From the IMG/VR virus record IMGVR_UViG_3300005466_000024, positions 116,706 to 180,705 of that record: a stretch of 64,000 nucleotides of DNA; one strand, written 5' to 3'. The stretch comes from a virus. Positions 18,369 through 27,198 of the stretch are shown here, piece after piece. Under the pieces are notes generated by a model. That model searched no databases. It was not told the origin of the DNA and saw only the letters and a list, made by a program, of their open reading frames with translations. How positions within the stretch are numbered: the stretch's first letter is position 1; each line of letters starts with the position of its first letter. A program made the position numbers and the translations under genes.

Positions 18369-18474
18369 CGGGAACCCCCTTCTGGATGGTCGGGGATGGC
18401 CCCGGAGGTGGGTTACCGTCGCGACGGTGCTGACCATTTCGGCCTCTTCGTCCCCCGGGACCATCTTCCTTAAG

Positions 18475-18491
18475 TATAGCGGTCCTATAGC
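18475..18491 (+). promoter_or_regulatory. tandem TATAG motif (TATAGCGGTCCTATAGC), antisense orientation
   Basis: Repeated motif; points into convergent gene. Confidence 0.6.
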
Positions 18492-18509
18492 GACATGCCT
18501 ACCGCTACT

Positions 18510-18776
18510 TCAGGACCATTCCACTAGAGCGTCCTCACCCTGGGGAACAGGGCCGGGTTCTCGCAGGTCGGCCCAGTTGATGAAACGCAACCAGCAGGTC
18601 TTCCACCACACTTCGGGTAACTCGGATGGATGCCGGAAATCGGATTGGGACCACCCGTGACGCAACAGGTTCCTACGGCCGGCCTCGTTGTCGATGAGGT
18701 AGATCTTGTGGCAGCCATCGAAGACAAAAAACAGTCCCTCAGCTGGCACCGGTACGCCATTGATCTTGAGGGTCAT
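18510..18776 (-). CDS. hypothetical phage protein
   Basis: FDGCHKIYL motif; GGGGAG RBS. Confidence 0.65.
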   Translation of the reverse strand: MTLKINGVPVPAEGLFFVFDGCHKIYLIDNEAGRRNLLRHGWSQSDFRHPSELPEVWWKTCWLRFINWADLREPGPVPQGEDALVEWS

Positions 18777-18899
18777 CGCACACTCCCCTTGGCGCCCATC
18801 ACTTCTGCCTCCGACACACCCGCCAGATACTGACCGCACCGGTCACCCATCCGACGACGAACATGCTCATCAGCTGGCTCAGCTGTAGCCAACTACCGC

Positions 18900-19235
18900 T
18901 CATGCCTCACCTCCCTCGACCCGCACATCGAGTTCGATGTCCGGCACCCACTGGGGCAACCCCAGGATTCCCTCGAGGGCCGCCCGGATCTCCTCCGAGA
19001 ACGATTCGACGTGTTCCCGGTCGTTCTCGGATTCGACCATGACGATGACCTTCATGTTGTTCGATGGCGGGCTGACGCCGCGGTCCATCGCGCGCAGGTG
19101 CTCGGCGCGGCCCTTGGCGTCCATCGGTTCGGCACTCACCACGTGCTCGCCGCGACCGTTGCAGACGACGTCCTGGGGGTGGTTCACCCCAGTGGTCACC
19201 ATGACCCGGCAGTTGGGGCAGAGGATCTCAGGCAT
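18900..19235 (-). CDS. hypothetical protein
   Basis: 111 aa with N-terminal CPNC. Confidence 0.6.
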   Translation of the reverse strand: MPEILCPNCRVMVTTGVNHPQDVVCNGRGEHVVSAEPMDAKGRAEHLRAMDRGVSPPSNNMKVIVMVESENDREHVESFSEEIRAALEGILGLPQWVPDIELDVRVEGGEA

Positions 19236-19372
19236 TATTTCGGCCCGGTGGGCGTCGTGGCGCCGCTTATCATCTCGGCGGCGCGAAGCAGAACATCACG
19301 ATCACGGGCCAGCGCCTGGAAACACAGCGCTTTGTCACGTTCGAGAAAGTCCTCGATGTTCGGCTGATCCAT
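19235..19372 (-). CDS. small hypothetical protein
   Basis: 45 aa; AGGAGG RBS; TAATG overlap. Confidence 0.55.
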   Translation of the reverse strand: MDQPNIEDFLERDKALCFQALARDRDVLLRAAEMISGATTPTGPK

Positions 19373-19393
19373 CTGAATTCCTCCTGCAATGAT

Positions 19394-19606
19394 TTAGGGC
19401 AATACCGCTCTCATACACTTCTCAGAGCAGAAGACTTCCGCTGTTGAACTACTTGTCCAGGCAATCCGCCAAGGATTCGGCAAGAGATCCCAAACGACCT
19501 CGCCGGGTTCCCTGCCATTTAGCTCAACCGTGACACCCTTATCACACTGAATACAACCAAACTGTATGAGGATCATTACCGCCTCACCGCCATGCTCTCC
19601 GAGCAC
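19394..19606 (-). CDS. small Cys-containing hypothetical protein
   Basis: CIQC and CSEKC. Confidence 0.5.
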   Translation of the reverse strand: MLGEHGGEAVMILIQFGCIQCDKGVTVELNGREPGEVVWDLLPNPWRIAWTSSSTAEVFCSEKCMRAVLP

Positions 19607-19624
19607 CGTAGTCGATTCCGTAGA

Positions 19625-19801
19625 TCACAAGCTTCTTCCCCGCACCGGTTTTTCTTCACAAGGTTCCTGGTGTTCCTGTTCGATTTCATCGAGCAACGTC
19701 AGCAGCTCCTCACCGAACCGACATTGTTCGACATCGTTGCCGATGGCCAACTCCTGGCCGAACTGGCGCAAATCAGCCAGGGCCGATCTGTCTATCTTCA
19801 C
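19625..19801 (-). CDS. small hypothetical protein
   Basis: GTG start with GAGG RBS. Confidence 0.45.
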   Translation of the reverse strand: MKIDRSALADLRQFGQELAIGNDVEQCRFGEELLTLLDEIEQEHQEPCEEKPVRGRSL

Positions 19802-19922
19802 GTGCCTCGTCTCCCCTCGGCCTCCACCCCGCCGCTCTCCTCCTCGTAGTGGTCCTCGACCAGGCCCAGGACCAGCAGCCACGTCTTGATGCGGCAGCGG
19901 ATGGTCAGCCAGCGATCTGCGC

Positions 19923-20389
19923 TCACGTCTTGGCTTTGGTGAATGACCAGCCACTGAAGTTGCGGGTCAGCACCTCGCTCAGCTCCCCGGTCTTCGGTGA
20001 GAAGCGGGGGTTCTCCCAGGTGCGCTTACGCCACGTCCACCGGCCGTCGGGCCGTTTGAGGTAGTAGCCGAGGTTCGCGCCGTCGTCGATGTCGTATGGC
20101 GCGAAGTTCCGCATGGCCGCGCGGAAGCCCCCGTTGTAGTACTCGCAGTAGCTTTCCAGGTGGGCAGCTACCTGGCGAATCTCGTCCTCGGTGGGCATGA
20201 TGCCGTGGTCGAGGATGTCGTCACAAACCACGATGCCGGTGATATAGCTCCAACGGGGATGAGCCGTTGCGAGGATCGGGATGCGCAGGCTGGTCGCCAG
20301 CTCGGTCTGCTGGGGACTGATATCACCGTCAGTGTCGGCCCAGGTGCGCCGATAGTACTCATCGAACATGGCCACCCATCTCCCTGACT
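19923..20389 (-). CDS. hypothetical protein
   Basis: 155-aa ORF with coding-like codon bias. Confidence 0.65.
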
Positions 20390-20604
20390 CGTTGTTCGAA
20401 CATGGCCTCGCCGGCATCCAGCGCCGCGCAAACCTGCGTCACACTCAAGCCCGTCTGCTGAGCCAAACCCGCCAGCAGGATTTCCTTGAGATGCTTGCGG
20501 CGGTGCCGGACGACGATGATCTGCCTGATCTGGTAGACGAATGTGAGCCACACCAGCACGCTCCCGACCCAGCCCATGATGTTCATGCCGTGTTCGGTCG
20601 TCAT
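20359..20604 (-). CDS. small membrane protein
   Basis: One TM helix; ATGA overlap. Confidence 0.55.
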   Translation of the reverse strand: MTTEHGMNIMGWVGSVLVWLTFVYQIRQIIVVRHRRKHLKEILLAGLAQQTGLSVTQVCAALDAGEAMFEQRVREMGGHVR

Positions 20605-20774
20605 GCGTACCACTCCCGGCAACCGTTGCAGACGAAGACGGTCTTGCCCGACACCGACTTCTTCGTGAAGACGTTGGCGCCGCAGGTGCAGCGGAACGGC
20701 TTGCCGCCTACGCGCAGCATGGTGGCCTCGGGTTCGATGGGCTGGCGCAGCCGTAGGCGGGCCTGGCTCTTCAC
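20601..20774 (-). CDS. small Zn-ribbon protein
   Basis: CTCG..CNGC; GGAGGAG RBS. Confidence 0.6.
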   Translation of the reverse strand: MKSQARLRLRQPIEPEATMLRVGGKPFRCTCGANVFTKKSVSGKTVFVCNGCREWYA

Positions 20775-21076
20775 GACTCCTCCCGTGCTTTGAGATCGTC
20801 CTTGAGGTCTTGCCAGTATTCCCACGGCACGATGATCGCCAGCGGTTCCTTGGTCTGGGAATGCTCGATGACGTAGGCGTTGCCGTTCTTGACTTCACGC
20901 ATCATTTCGGTGATGGCCTGACGCTTTTCCGACTCGCGATCCTTCTGCCAGACCGGACAGTCCTCGGTGTGGTCGTGGTCGACGGGCGTGTGACAGCTGG
21001 GACACTGCTCGTTCATCCGCCAGAACTGGTGCAGGCGGCAGCCGAGCTTACCGGTGCACACCAACGGGTCACTCAC
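20771..21076 (-). CDS. hypothetical protein
   Basis: Cys/His N-terminus; GGAGGAG RBS. Confidence 0.6.
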   Translation of the reverse strand: MSDPLVCTGKLGCRLHQFWRMNEQCPSCHTPVDHDHTEDCPVWQKDRESEKRQAITEMMREVKNGNAYVIEHSQTKEPLAIIVPWEYWQDLKDDLKAREES

Positions 21077-21428
21077 CGAACTCCTCCTCCACCTGCTGTC
21101 TGGTGTCGGCCCAGGTCGAGTACCGCCGATAATCGGGGGACAGCATCTCGCGGCTGATGAGGTCCAACGCGAACACCGCCTTCTCAAGTGCCTTGATACC
21201 CCTGTAGTAGCGCTGCGCTGTGTACTGGCCACTGATTATCAGCTGACGCACCTCATCCAGACCCTTGCGCACCTCGGTGATGCGGTTGTCGGCGGTGGTG
21301 CCGCCGTCGATGAGGTCCAGGGCCTGCAGGCCGTGGTCGATCAGGGCGTGTTCGGTCTGGGTCGAGGGGTGGTGGTCCATTTTGCGTGCCGCGCGCTTGA
21401 GTTCCTGCAACGTTTCACGGCGCATCAT
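21069..21428 (-). CDS. hypothetical helical protein
   Basis: Coupled ORF. Confidence 0.6.
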   Translation of the reverse strand: MMRRETLQELKRAARKMDHHPSTQTEHALIDHGLQALDLIDGGTTADNRITEVRKGLDEVRQLIISGQYTAQRYYRGIKALEKAVFALDLISREMLSPDYRRYSTWADTRQQVEEEFGE

Positions 21429-21610
21429 GGCCGGGCACCCTTCCGCCACTGCTCCAGCCACCGCTCGAACGCTTCCAGCACGGACGGCTCCAGGAACACC
21501 TGGTTGGTCTTGCCGAGGCCGTTGTGCGTGAACAGCTCGACCTGGCCCCAGTCTTCTGCGGTGACGTAGAGACCGTCACCGAGGTAGGTCGCCGCTGGTT
21601 GTTCAGGCAT
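21425..21610 (-). CDS. small hypothetical phage protein
   Basis: YLGDGLYV motif. Confidence 0.6.
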   Translation of the reverse strand: MPEQPAATYLGDGLYVTAEDWGQVELFTHNGLGKTNQVFLEPSVLEAFERWLEQWRKGARP

Positions 21611-21923
21611 GGGTCGACTCCCTCGACTCGCGGTGTTCCTCGCACATCACCCTGGCCCGGGCCAGCGACTTGCCGACCTCATCGCCGATACGCGTCCACT
21701 TCAGTTCGCCCTCGAGTTCGGCGAACTCCGGCCACCAGATGGCCTTGCCGACACGGCTGCGCACCCGGTACGACACCCCGTTGACCGGACCGGCATGCCA
21801 GTGCCCCAGGCCGCCGCACTTGCGCCAGAGCATTAGGTTGTGCACGTCCTGGGCACGACCTGCGCCGCACTGGCACATGTTGTCAGTACCCTCGGCCTTG
21901 TTGTAGCGGTGGCGGATCATCAT
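21603..21923 (-). CDS. hypothetical protein
   Basis: GAGGAGG RBS; downstream of TATAG motif. Confidence 0.65.
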   Translation of the reverse strand: MMIRHRYNKAEGTDNMCQCGAGRAQDVHNLMLWRKCGGLGHWHAGPVNGVSYRVRSRVGKAIWWPEFAELEGELKWTRIGDEVGKSLARARVMCEEHRESRESTHA

Positions 21924-21927
21924 CCCT

Positions 21928-21970
21928 CCTCAGCACCATGCTATATCACCACTATAGCATGGTGCTGAGG
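21928..21970. repeat. perfect 18-bp inverted repeat with 7-bp spacer, containing a tandem TATAG motif (21940..21956)
   Basis: CCTCAGCACCATGCTATA-TCACCAC-TATAGCATGGTGCTGAGG. Confidence 0.9.
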
Positions 21971-22003
21971 GTACAACCAGCTTTCGGGCAGCGGGCGCGG
22001 CCC

Positions 22004-22435
22004 TTATACCACGAAGCTCCGCGGGGTCGGTTGGAAGCTCATCGGAATCTTGTAACCGATCCGCTGGTAATCCGTCAGGTGGTGATCCGTCAGGTCGTCG
22101 CGGAAGCGGAAGGGCCACTCCTGCCCTTCGGTCCAAACCACATCACGCACCCCTCCGAGGTACTGTCCTCGACTGGGGCTGCAGTTGCAGAGATCCTCCC
22201 AGATGGCCCTGGGAATGGTGCGCCCGTCGTACCCCCGGTCGCGCACCATTTCCAACTGGGCGGCCTCGGCCTCCTTGATCCTCTCGTCCAGTAGCCGATC
22301 CCATTCGAGCAGGGTGGGCCGCTGGGGGGTTGGTCCCTGGTCGACCGGTTCGGGAGTTTGTTCGGCTTCCGTCTTGCCGGCCACTTCCGGAGTGGGCCAG
22401 TCGAGCTCTTCCAGTTGGTCGGGCGCGATGGTCAT
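22004..22435 (-). CDS. hypothetical protein
   Basis: 143 aa; AGGAG RBS. Confidence 0.6.
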   Translation of the reverse strand: MTIAPDQLEELDWPTPEVAGKTEAEQTPEPVDQGPTPQRPTLLEWDRLLDERIKEAEAAQLEMVRDRGYDGRTIPRAIWEDLCNCSPSRGQYLGGVRDVVWTEGQEWPFRFRDDLTDHHLTDYQRIGYKIPMSFQPTPRSFVV

Positions 22436-22525
22436 GGGTCGGACTCCTCTCTGCTCTGTCCACGGTGGACAGAAGTCGGTCAGGCGATGGGTTCCACGGA
22501 GGGGAGGCTGCGGCGATTGAGCCGA

Positions 22526-22738
22526 TCAGCCTTCCTGCCCGGTTGGATCGGGCGCCCTCATCTCCAAAGCGGTGTGCGCCGGTAACACGTCGATGAGAAC
22601 GCGATCCCCGGCCTCGGGGTGGAATTCGTTGGCGATCACCCACGTGTCCACTCCCTCCTCGAGTCCCCCGTGGAAGAGTTCGCAGGGCACCTCGGTGCCG
22701 TCGGCCCGCGTGATGCGCACATTCTCCGGCCGGCCCAT
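22526..22738 (-). CDS. small hypothetical protein (paralogue of 32513..32755)
   Basis: DGTEVPCEL..DVLPAHTAL resembles DGQRIPVEL..DVFPDCTAL. Confidence 0.6.
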   Translation of the reverse strand: MGRPENVRITRADGTEVPCELFHGGLEEGVDTWVIANEFHPEAGDRVLIDVLPAHTALEMRAPDPTGQEG

Positions 22739-23013
22739 CACGCCACCGTCTTCTGCAGCAACGGGCAGTCGACGACCTCCAGCAGCCGCTCCCACACCTC
22801 GAGGCTGCCCTGGGAGCGCCCGGACAGCATGCAGCTGAGGTGTTTCCGGCTGATCCCCGCCGCCATGGCCAGATCGGCCTGATTCCAATGCTTGCGGTAA
22901 AGCCCGCCCCGCACCAGATCGGCCATCATGGCCTGCAACCTCAGGGCCGGCTGCCCACTTTCCGGCGAGCCCGCTTCCCTCGACTCCGACAACTCGCATT
23001 CCATACCGACCAC
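22738..23013 (-). CDS. XRE-family HTH regulator
   Basis: WNQADLAMAAGISRKHLSCMLSG. Confidence 0.8.
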   Translation of the reverse strand: MVGMECELSESREAGSPESGQPALRLQAMMADLVRGGLYRKHWNQADLAMAAGISRKHLSCMLSGRSQGSLEVWERLLEVVDCPLLQKTVA

Positions 23014-23111
23014 CGCCGCAGCCTATCGTTCTTCCCTCGTTTTTTCACCTTAGAGGTTTCATAGTAGGGTCCTGCGCATGACCAAATTCAGGGCCAGACT
23101 AAGGGGTCGCG

Positions 23112-23516
23112 ATGAGCTTCGCCGATGACATTCCCGTTGAGTATCTGTGGTGCAAGGACATGCGTTTCCACGCCTGGGATCCTGCTTCCCTGGTGTCTCG
23201 CGAGGTCTTCAACCGCAGAACCGAGGTGTGGGAGATTCACCGCACGGTGCGGTGTTTCAACTGCAGCACCCATCGAACGCAGAAACTCACCAAGGCGTGG
23301 CAGCCGATCGGCAGCTTCACCTACGATTACCCGCCCGGCTACAAGGTCGACGGCTACAAGGGTTACGTCGTCACCCCCGCCGACCGGGCGGCGATCCGGG
23401 CGTTGTCGACCGCGTACCGTGGTGGCACCTCCAAGCCCAGCGCCAAGGACCGCAAGGTGGCCCGGGAAACCAGTACTACTGTGACCCCGATCAGGCGGCA
23501 GAAGAAACGCGCATGA
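23112..23516 (+). CDS. hypothetical protein
   Basis: 134 aa; C..H..CxxC; basic tail. Confidence 0.7.
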   Translation: MSFADDIPVEYLWCKDMRFHAWDPASLVSREVFNRRTEVWEIHRTVRCFNCSTHRTQKLTKAWQPIGSFTYDYPPGYKVDGYKGYVVTPADRAAIRALSTAYRGGTSKPSAKDRKVARETSTTVTPIRRQKKRA

Positions 23517-23968
23517 GGATCGAAATCAATCCCGCGACTGGACTCATCACGGTCGAAACCGACGACAACTCCAGTGCCGCCGAGTTCGTCCGTGAACTGG
23601 TCAGCGGCCAGAAGCCACTACCGGCACCCAAGGCCATCGAGTCCGGGCGGGTCACCACCCCCAGGAAACCTCGGCGCAAGCGGCGCAAACTGGCACCGGC
23701 GAAAGCTGATCGCCCGTTGACCAAGGCCGAGGATGAAACCTGGGCCTGGATGGGCGCCAATGATCGTCCCGAGGGCATCAGCGCCGAAGAGGTGGCGCAG
23801 GCCTTCGGCATCTCCGTAGCCGGGGGCACGTGGCGGATCGGCAGGCTGGTCAAGCGCGACATGGCTTGGCGCTGCGCCACGGGCCGCTACCGGGTCGGTT
23901 CCCTCACCGATGGCGCCATCATCTCCTCCAACGGCGCCGTCCTGTCCAACGGCTCACGAGTGCACTAG
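23513..23968 (+). CDS. winged-helix DNA-binding protein
   Basis: ISAEEVAQAFGIS..IGRLVKRD..GRYRV; ATGA overlap. Confidence 0.65.
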   Translation: MRIEINPATGLITVETDDNSSAAEFVRELVSGQKPLPAPKAIESGRVTTPRKPRRKRRKLAPAKADRPLTKAEDETWAWMGANDRPEGISAEEVAQAFGISVAGGTWRIGRLVKRDMAWRCATGRYRVGSLTDGAIISSNGAVLSNGSRVH

Positions 23969-23975
23969 GGGAATC

Positions 23976-24755
23976 TCAGCCCCAGTCGATGAGGGTGTAG
24001 CCGGGGGCGCCTTGGCCGCCGGGTCCACCGCCTTGACCGGCCTTGGTGGAGGCACCTCCACCACCACCGCCGGCGGGATAGCCGCCGTGCCCGCCGGGCC
24101 TGGGGCTGTTGGCGCTACCGGAGGAGCCGCCGCCGCCCGCACCGCCGCCGCCGCCGTTGCCGGGGGTGGGCGTCGGGGAGCCGACGCCACCGTTGCCGAC
24201 GCCGCCCTGGCCGCCGTTGGTGGTGGAGCCGCCGTGGCTGGGGGCGTGGATCCAGTTGCCGTTGCCGTTTTCGGGGGCGCCTGCACCGCCGCCGGACCCG
24301 GCGCCGCCGGTGTTGGAGCCACCAGGGGTGTAGGCGTTGGGGGCGCCGTCGGAGCCGTTGATGAGGGTGAGGTCGGCGCCGCCAACAGCAGCAGCCACAC
24401 CACCCTGGGTGCCGTGCCCCCCGCCAGCGGTGAGGACAACGGTGCCGGAGGCGAAGACGCTGGGTTGGCCGGGGGCGACACCGCGGGTGAGGGTGTAGGT
24501 GGGGCCGAGGAGTTCGTGGGGGATGAAACCGGTGATCTTGGCGCCGCCGCCGCCTCCGGCGCCGCCGTTGGCGGCGGTGGAACTGCCCGGGCCGTGGCCG
24601 CCGTTGGCGCCGGCGCCGAGCAAGGTGAGGGTGGCGCCGGGTCCGTCGGGGACCGGTTGGTTGTCGACGTCGGTGTTTTCGGTGCCGGGTGGCGACGCGG
24701 GTTGCGGGTCGGAGCCACCGCCGAACAGCTCCTGCAGCCAGTCGAAAAATCCCAT
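23976..24755 (-). CDS. stand-alone Gly-rich domain protein, paralogue of the tail-fibre C-terminus
   Basis: QPVPDGPGATLTLLGAGANGG..TYTLTRG..GYTLIDWG parallels 10066..12612. Confidence 0.75.
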   Translation of the reverse strand: MGFFDWLQELFGGGSDPQPASPPGTENTDVDNQPVPDGPGATLTLLGAGANGGHGPGSSTAANGGAGGGGGAKITGFIPHELLGPTYTLTRGVAPGQPSVFASGTVVLTAGGGHGTQGGVAAAVGGADLTLINGSDGAPNAYTPGGSNTGGAGSGGGAGAPENGNGNWIHAPSHGGSTTNGGQGGVGNGGVGSPTPTPGNGGGGGAGGGGSSGSANSPRPGGHGGYPAGGGGGGASTKAGQGGGPGGQGAPGYTLIDWG

Positions 24756-24833
24756 TGATCATCCTTCCTCTGGGGTGCGGTACTCACGGCGGCTCAGGAC
24801 TCCCATGGTGCATCGCCGGTTTCCCGCGTTCGA

Positions 24834-25061
24834 CTATTCGTCCTCGGCGTCGAACGTCACCGTGAATGCACGACCTTGAGTGAACTCCTTGATCGCGGCG
24901 GTGTCGTTGCCGATGTACATCTCGAACACACCGGCGGGGGTGGCCGCCGCCCAGTCCTTGTTGCGGCCCTGGGCGTAGTCGGGCACCAGCCGCACGCGGC
25001 TGGCCTGATACCCGGCACTGTTGACGATCTCACTGACTTTGAATTTCGCTGTGACGCTCAT
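24834..25061 (-). CDS. small hypothetical phage protein
   Basis: NKDWAAATPAG motif; GAGGTG RBS. Confidence 0.7.
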   Translation of the reverse strand: MSVTAKFKVSEIVNSAGYQASRVRLVPDYAQGRNKDWAAATPAGVFEMYIGNDTAAIKEFTQGRAFTVTFDAEDE

Positions 25062-25176
25062 CTGTTTTTCACCTCCTCTCTCCACTTGTTCCGATGAGAA
25101 CTCCTGCTAGTCTGCTCCCGTCGGTACCTGACCATCGATGCCCGCGTTGGAAACGAGCCGGACTGGAATCGATATC

Positions 25177-25252
25177 GCAGCGGTAGCTCAATCGGTTAGA
25201 GCACCCGGACCGCACACACCGGGGGATGTCCGTTCGACTCGGACCTGCTGCC
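25177..25252 (+). tRNA. tRNA-like gene with non-canonical 10-nt anticodon loop (identity unassignable)
   Basis: 7-bp acceptor GCAGCGG/CTGCTGC, D stem GCTC/GAGC, AC stem CCCGG/CCGGG, T arm GTCCG-TTCGACT-CGGAC; loop ACCGCACACA; no encoded CCA. Confidence 0.75.
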
Positions 25253-25335
25253 CGACCCTGAATCGTGAGCAGTCTTGTAGGCCAACACTCGGTGAACTCA
25301 TCGGTGACAGAGACTGACAGGAGCAAACTGAACCC

Positions 25336-25608
25336 ATGCGAATCGTACGCCGAGGCCGAGATGTGTTCGGCCAATCCACGCCCAAGGATCAGTGGCGCTT
25401 CCTACGCGTGGCCGACGAGAGGGACGATCAGAACCTTGCCGACGATGAGCCCGTCGATATTGACCTGTGTACGTGTACGCACATGGTTTCCACGCATACG
25501 CAGGACGAAGCCGCGTGCGATGCGCTAATAGTGACAAAGCCACCATTCGGCTATCGCGAGCAGTGGCGCTCGTGCCCGTGTACCGCATTCTCGCCGGTCG
25601 CGGGTTGA
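25336..25608 (+). CDS. hypothetical protein
   Basis: 90 aa; CTCTH..C..CPC. Confidence 0.6.
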   Translation: MRIVRRGRDVFGQSTPKDQWRFLRVADERDDQNLADDEPVDIDLCTCTHMVSTHTQDEAACDALIVTKPPFGYREQWRSCPCTAFSPVAG

Positions 25609-25625
25609 CGCAACAGCGGTTTCCT

Positions 25626-25910
25626 TCATCGGTTACTTTGACGTGGGATCCGCCATGGATTGCGTTCTATGGCATCATCGAGCTTTCGCAGCTTCCACGC
25701 CCTCTCGGCTGCCAGCCACTTACGAACCTGACTGCGCTTCCATGCGCCCTCGGCCCTCAACCATCTGAGCACCCGGCGCCTGTTCCTGAACCACACGATC
25801 CGTCTACCCACTAAATAGCCAAAGCCCCAACCAATGGCGGTCAGGGCTGTAGCGGCGGTGAAGCTTGCGATGTCGTTGGCGGCCCAATACCCGAATGCCA
25901 TGAAGTTCAT
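25626..25910 (-). CDS. small membrane protein
   Basis: TM helix followed by basic tail. Confidence 0.55.
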   Translation of the reverse strand: MNFMAFGYWAANDIASFTAATALTAIGWGFGYLVGRRIVWFRNRRRVLRWLRAEGAWKRSQVRKWLAAERAWKLRKLDDAIERNPWRIPRQSNR

Positions 25911-26009
25911 CAGAACATCTGCTTAAGCGTCTGAAGTAGTCGTTCCACCGCCTCGCGCCACAGCTCATGCGCGATAATCCTGGCGAACCGTGCGTTGACG
26001 GCCCGTTGG

Positions 26010-26252
26010 TCAGTCATCACGGTCCTGTCCGTTTATCGGATCGCGTCGGTGCAATTCGCCATTCACGGCGTCCATCTCGGCTTCGGTCATCGCGTAGCGC
26101 CGCGCACGGGCAGCCGTGGTGCGTCCGCGCGGCGTGTGCACGCTGGCCATGTTGGTACGCACGTAGGCCAGCGCCGCATCGGCCCCCTCGTCCTCCCATT
26201 TGGCCAGCACCTCACATAGTGCGTCCTGGTAGCCCTCGACGTACTTGCTCAT
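26010..26252 (-). CDS. hypothetical protein
   Basis: GAGGAG RBS; downstream of TATAG motif. Confidence 0.65.
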   Translation of the reverse strand: MSKYVEGYQDALCEVLAKWEDEGADAALAYVRTNMASVHTPRGRTTAARARRYAMTEAEMDAVNGELHRRDPINGQDRDD

Positions 26253-26286
26253 GTCGAACTCCTCGGCGGTCCGCGGTGATCCTTCT

Positions 26287-26303
26287 ACTATAGCAGCACT
26301 ACA
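26287..26303 (-). promoter_or_regulatory. tandem TATAG motif (TGTAGTGCTGCTATAGT)
   Basis: Repeated motif. Confidence 0.65.
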
Positions 26304-26366
26304 GGATAGCTGGTGTATTCCCGACCGCTTGACGTACACCGGGTTCGGTGTACGTCGTCGCGCTGG

Positions 26367-26561
26367 TCAGCGGCGGGGTGTCACCGGCCTGAACGGGCCC
26401 CACACCCATGCGATCGACCAGTCCCATGGGTGGCCCACCTCGACCTCGTCGAGGTCGAGGGCCTGGCCACGACCGTTCTCGAAGTACCACAGATCGCCGT
26501 CCTTGTCGCGGTGAAAGCCATCGACGGGGCGTTTGAGTGGGGGCAGCTCATTTCGATTCAT
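26367..26561 (-). CDS. small hypothetical protein
   Basis: ATGA overlap. Confidence 0.55.
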   Translation of the reverse strand: MNRNELPPLKRPVDGFHRDKDGDLWYFENGRGQALDLDEVEVGHPWDWSIAWVWGPFRPVTPRR

Positions 26562-26830
26562 GAATACATCTCGGGGTATTTGTCTGGCGGGAAAAGGATG
26601 CGCTTGCCCTCTTCGATGCGCTGTTTGCGGGCGTGGCCGCGGGGGATGGCGAGGCCGCGCCTCGCGCACGCTTCCTCGACACCACCAATGCGGTACTCCA
26701 GGAGGTGGGTCAGGTCCACCGTGACGCTGTCGTGACGGTCGCTGTCACGGCGTAGTTGGTAGACCCACCGACCCAATAGCACTATGGTCACGGCCTGGAT
26801 CAGCTGTGTCGTCGCCAGCAGGATGATCAT
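26558..26830 (-). CDS. small membrane protein
   Basis: N-terminal hydrophobic helix; GAGGTG RBS. Confidence 0.55.
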   Translation of the reverse strand: MIILLATTQLIQAVTIVLLGRWVYQLRRDSDRHDSVTVDLTHLLEYRIGGVEEACARRGLAIPRGHARKQRIEEGKRILFPPDKYPEMYS

Positions 26831-26839
26831 GGCACCTCA

Positions 26840-27157
26840 TCACTGGGATGGGTCATTCGGGACTCCATCGTGGGCCGTGCGGGCGCTGGCCAGCATGGCG
26901 CGCACCGCGGGCCGCAGTGTCTGTCCGATGGGCAGACGCGACAGACGGCGCAGGGTGTCGGTGAGGTTTCGGCAGTGCGGGGCCCGGCAGCTGCAGGCCC
27001 ACGCCCCGTCGGTGCGCCGCTGCGCCACCGTGTGGGTTTCCCGTGGTGATGCCGTCGACCTGGTGGTGAAGCGGTGGATCCACTCGTTGTTGTCGGGGAT
27101 CAAGCCGCTGCCGATTTGCGCGGCGATCCTGGCGACCTGCGCTCCATCCTCGTTCAT
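26840..27157 (-). CDS. SWIM-like Zn-finger protein
   Basis: WACSC..HCRNL; AGGAGG RBS. Confidence 0.55.
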   Translation of the reverse strand: MNEDGAQVARIAAQIGSGLIPDNNEWIHRFTTRSTASPRETHTVAQRRTDGAWACSCRAPHCRNLTDTLRRLSRLPIGQTLRPAVRAMLASARTAHDGVPNDPSQ

Positions 27158-27198
27158 CGTGGCCTCCTGTAGTGATGATACAGCAGACCACCGGCAGG

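Noticed and set aside
10066-24755. Diversity-generating retroelement (template/variable repeat) between the Gly-rich paralogues
   Set aside because: The DNA copies are broadly diverged rather than differing only at adenines, and there is no reverse transcriptase in the window.
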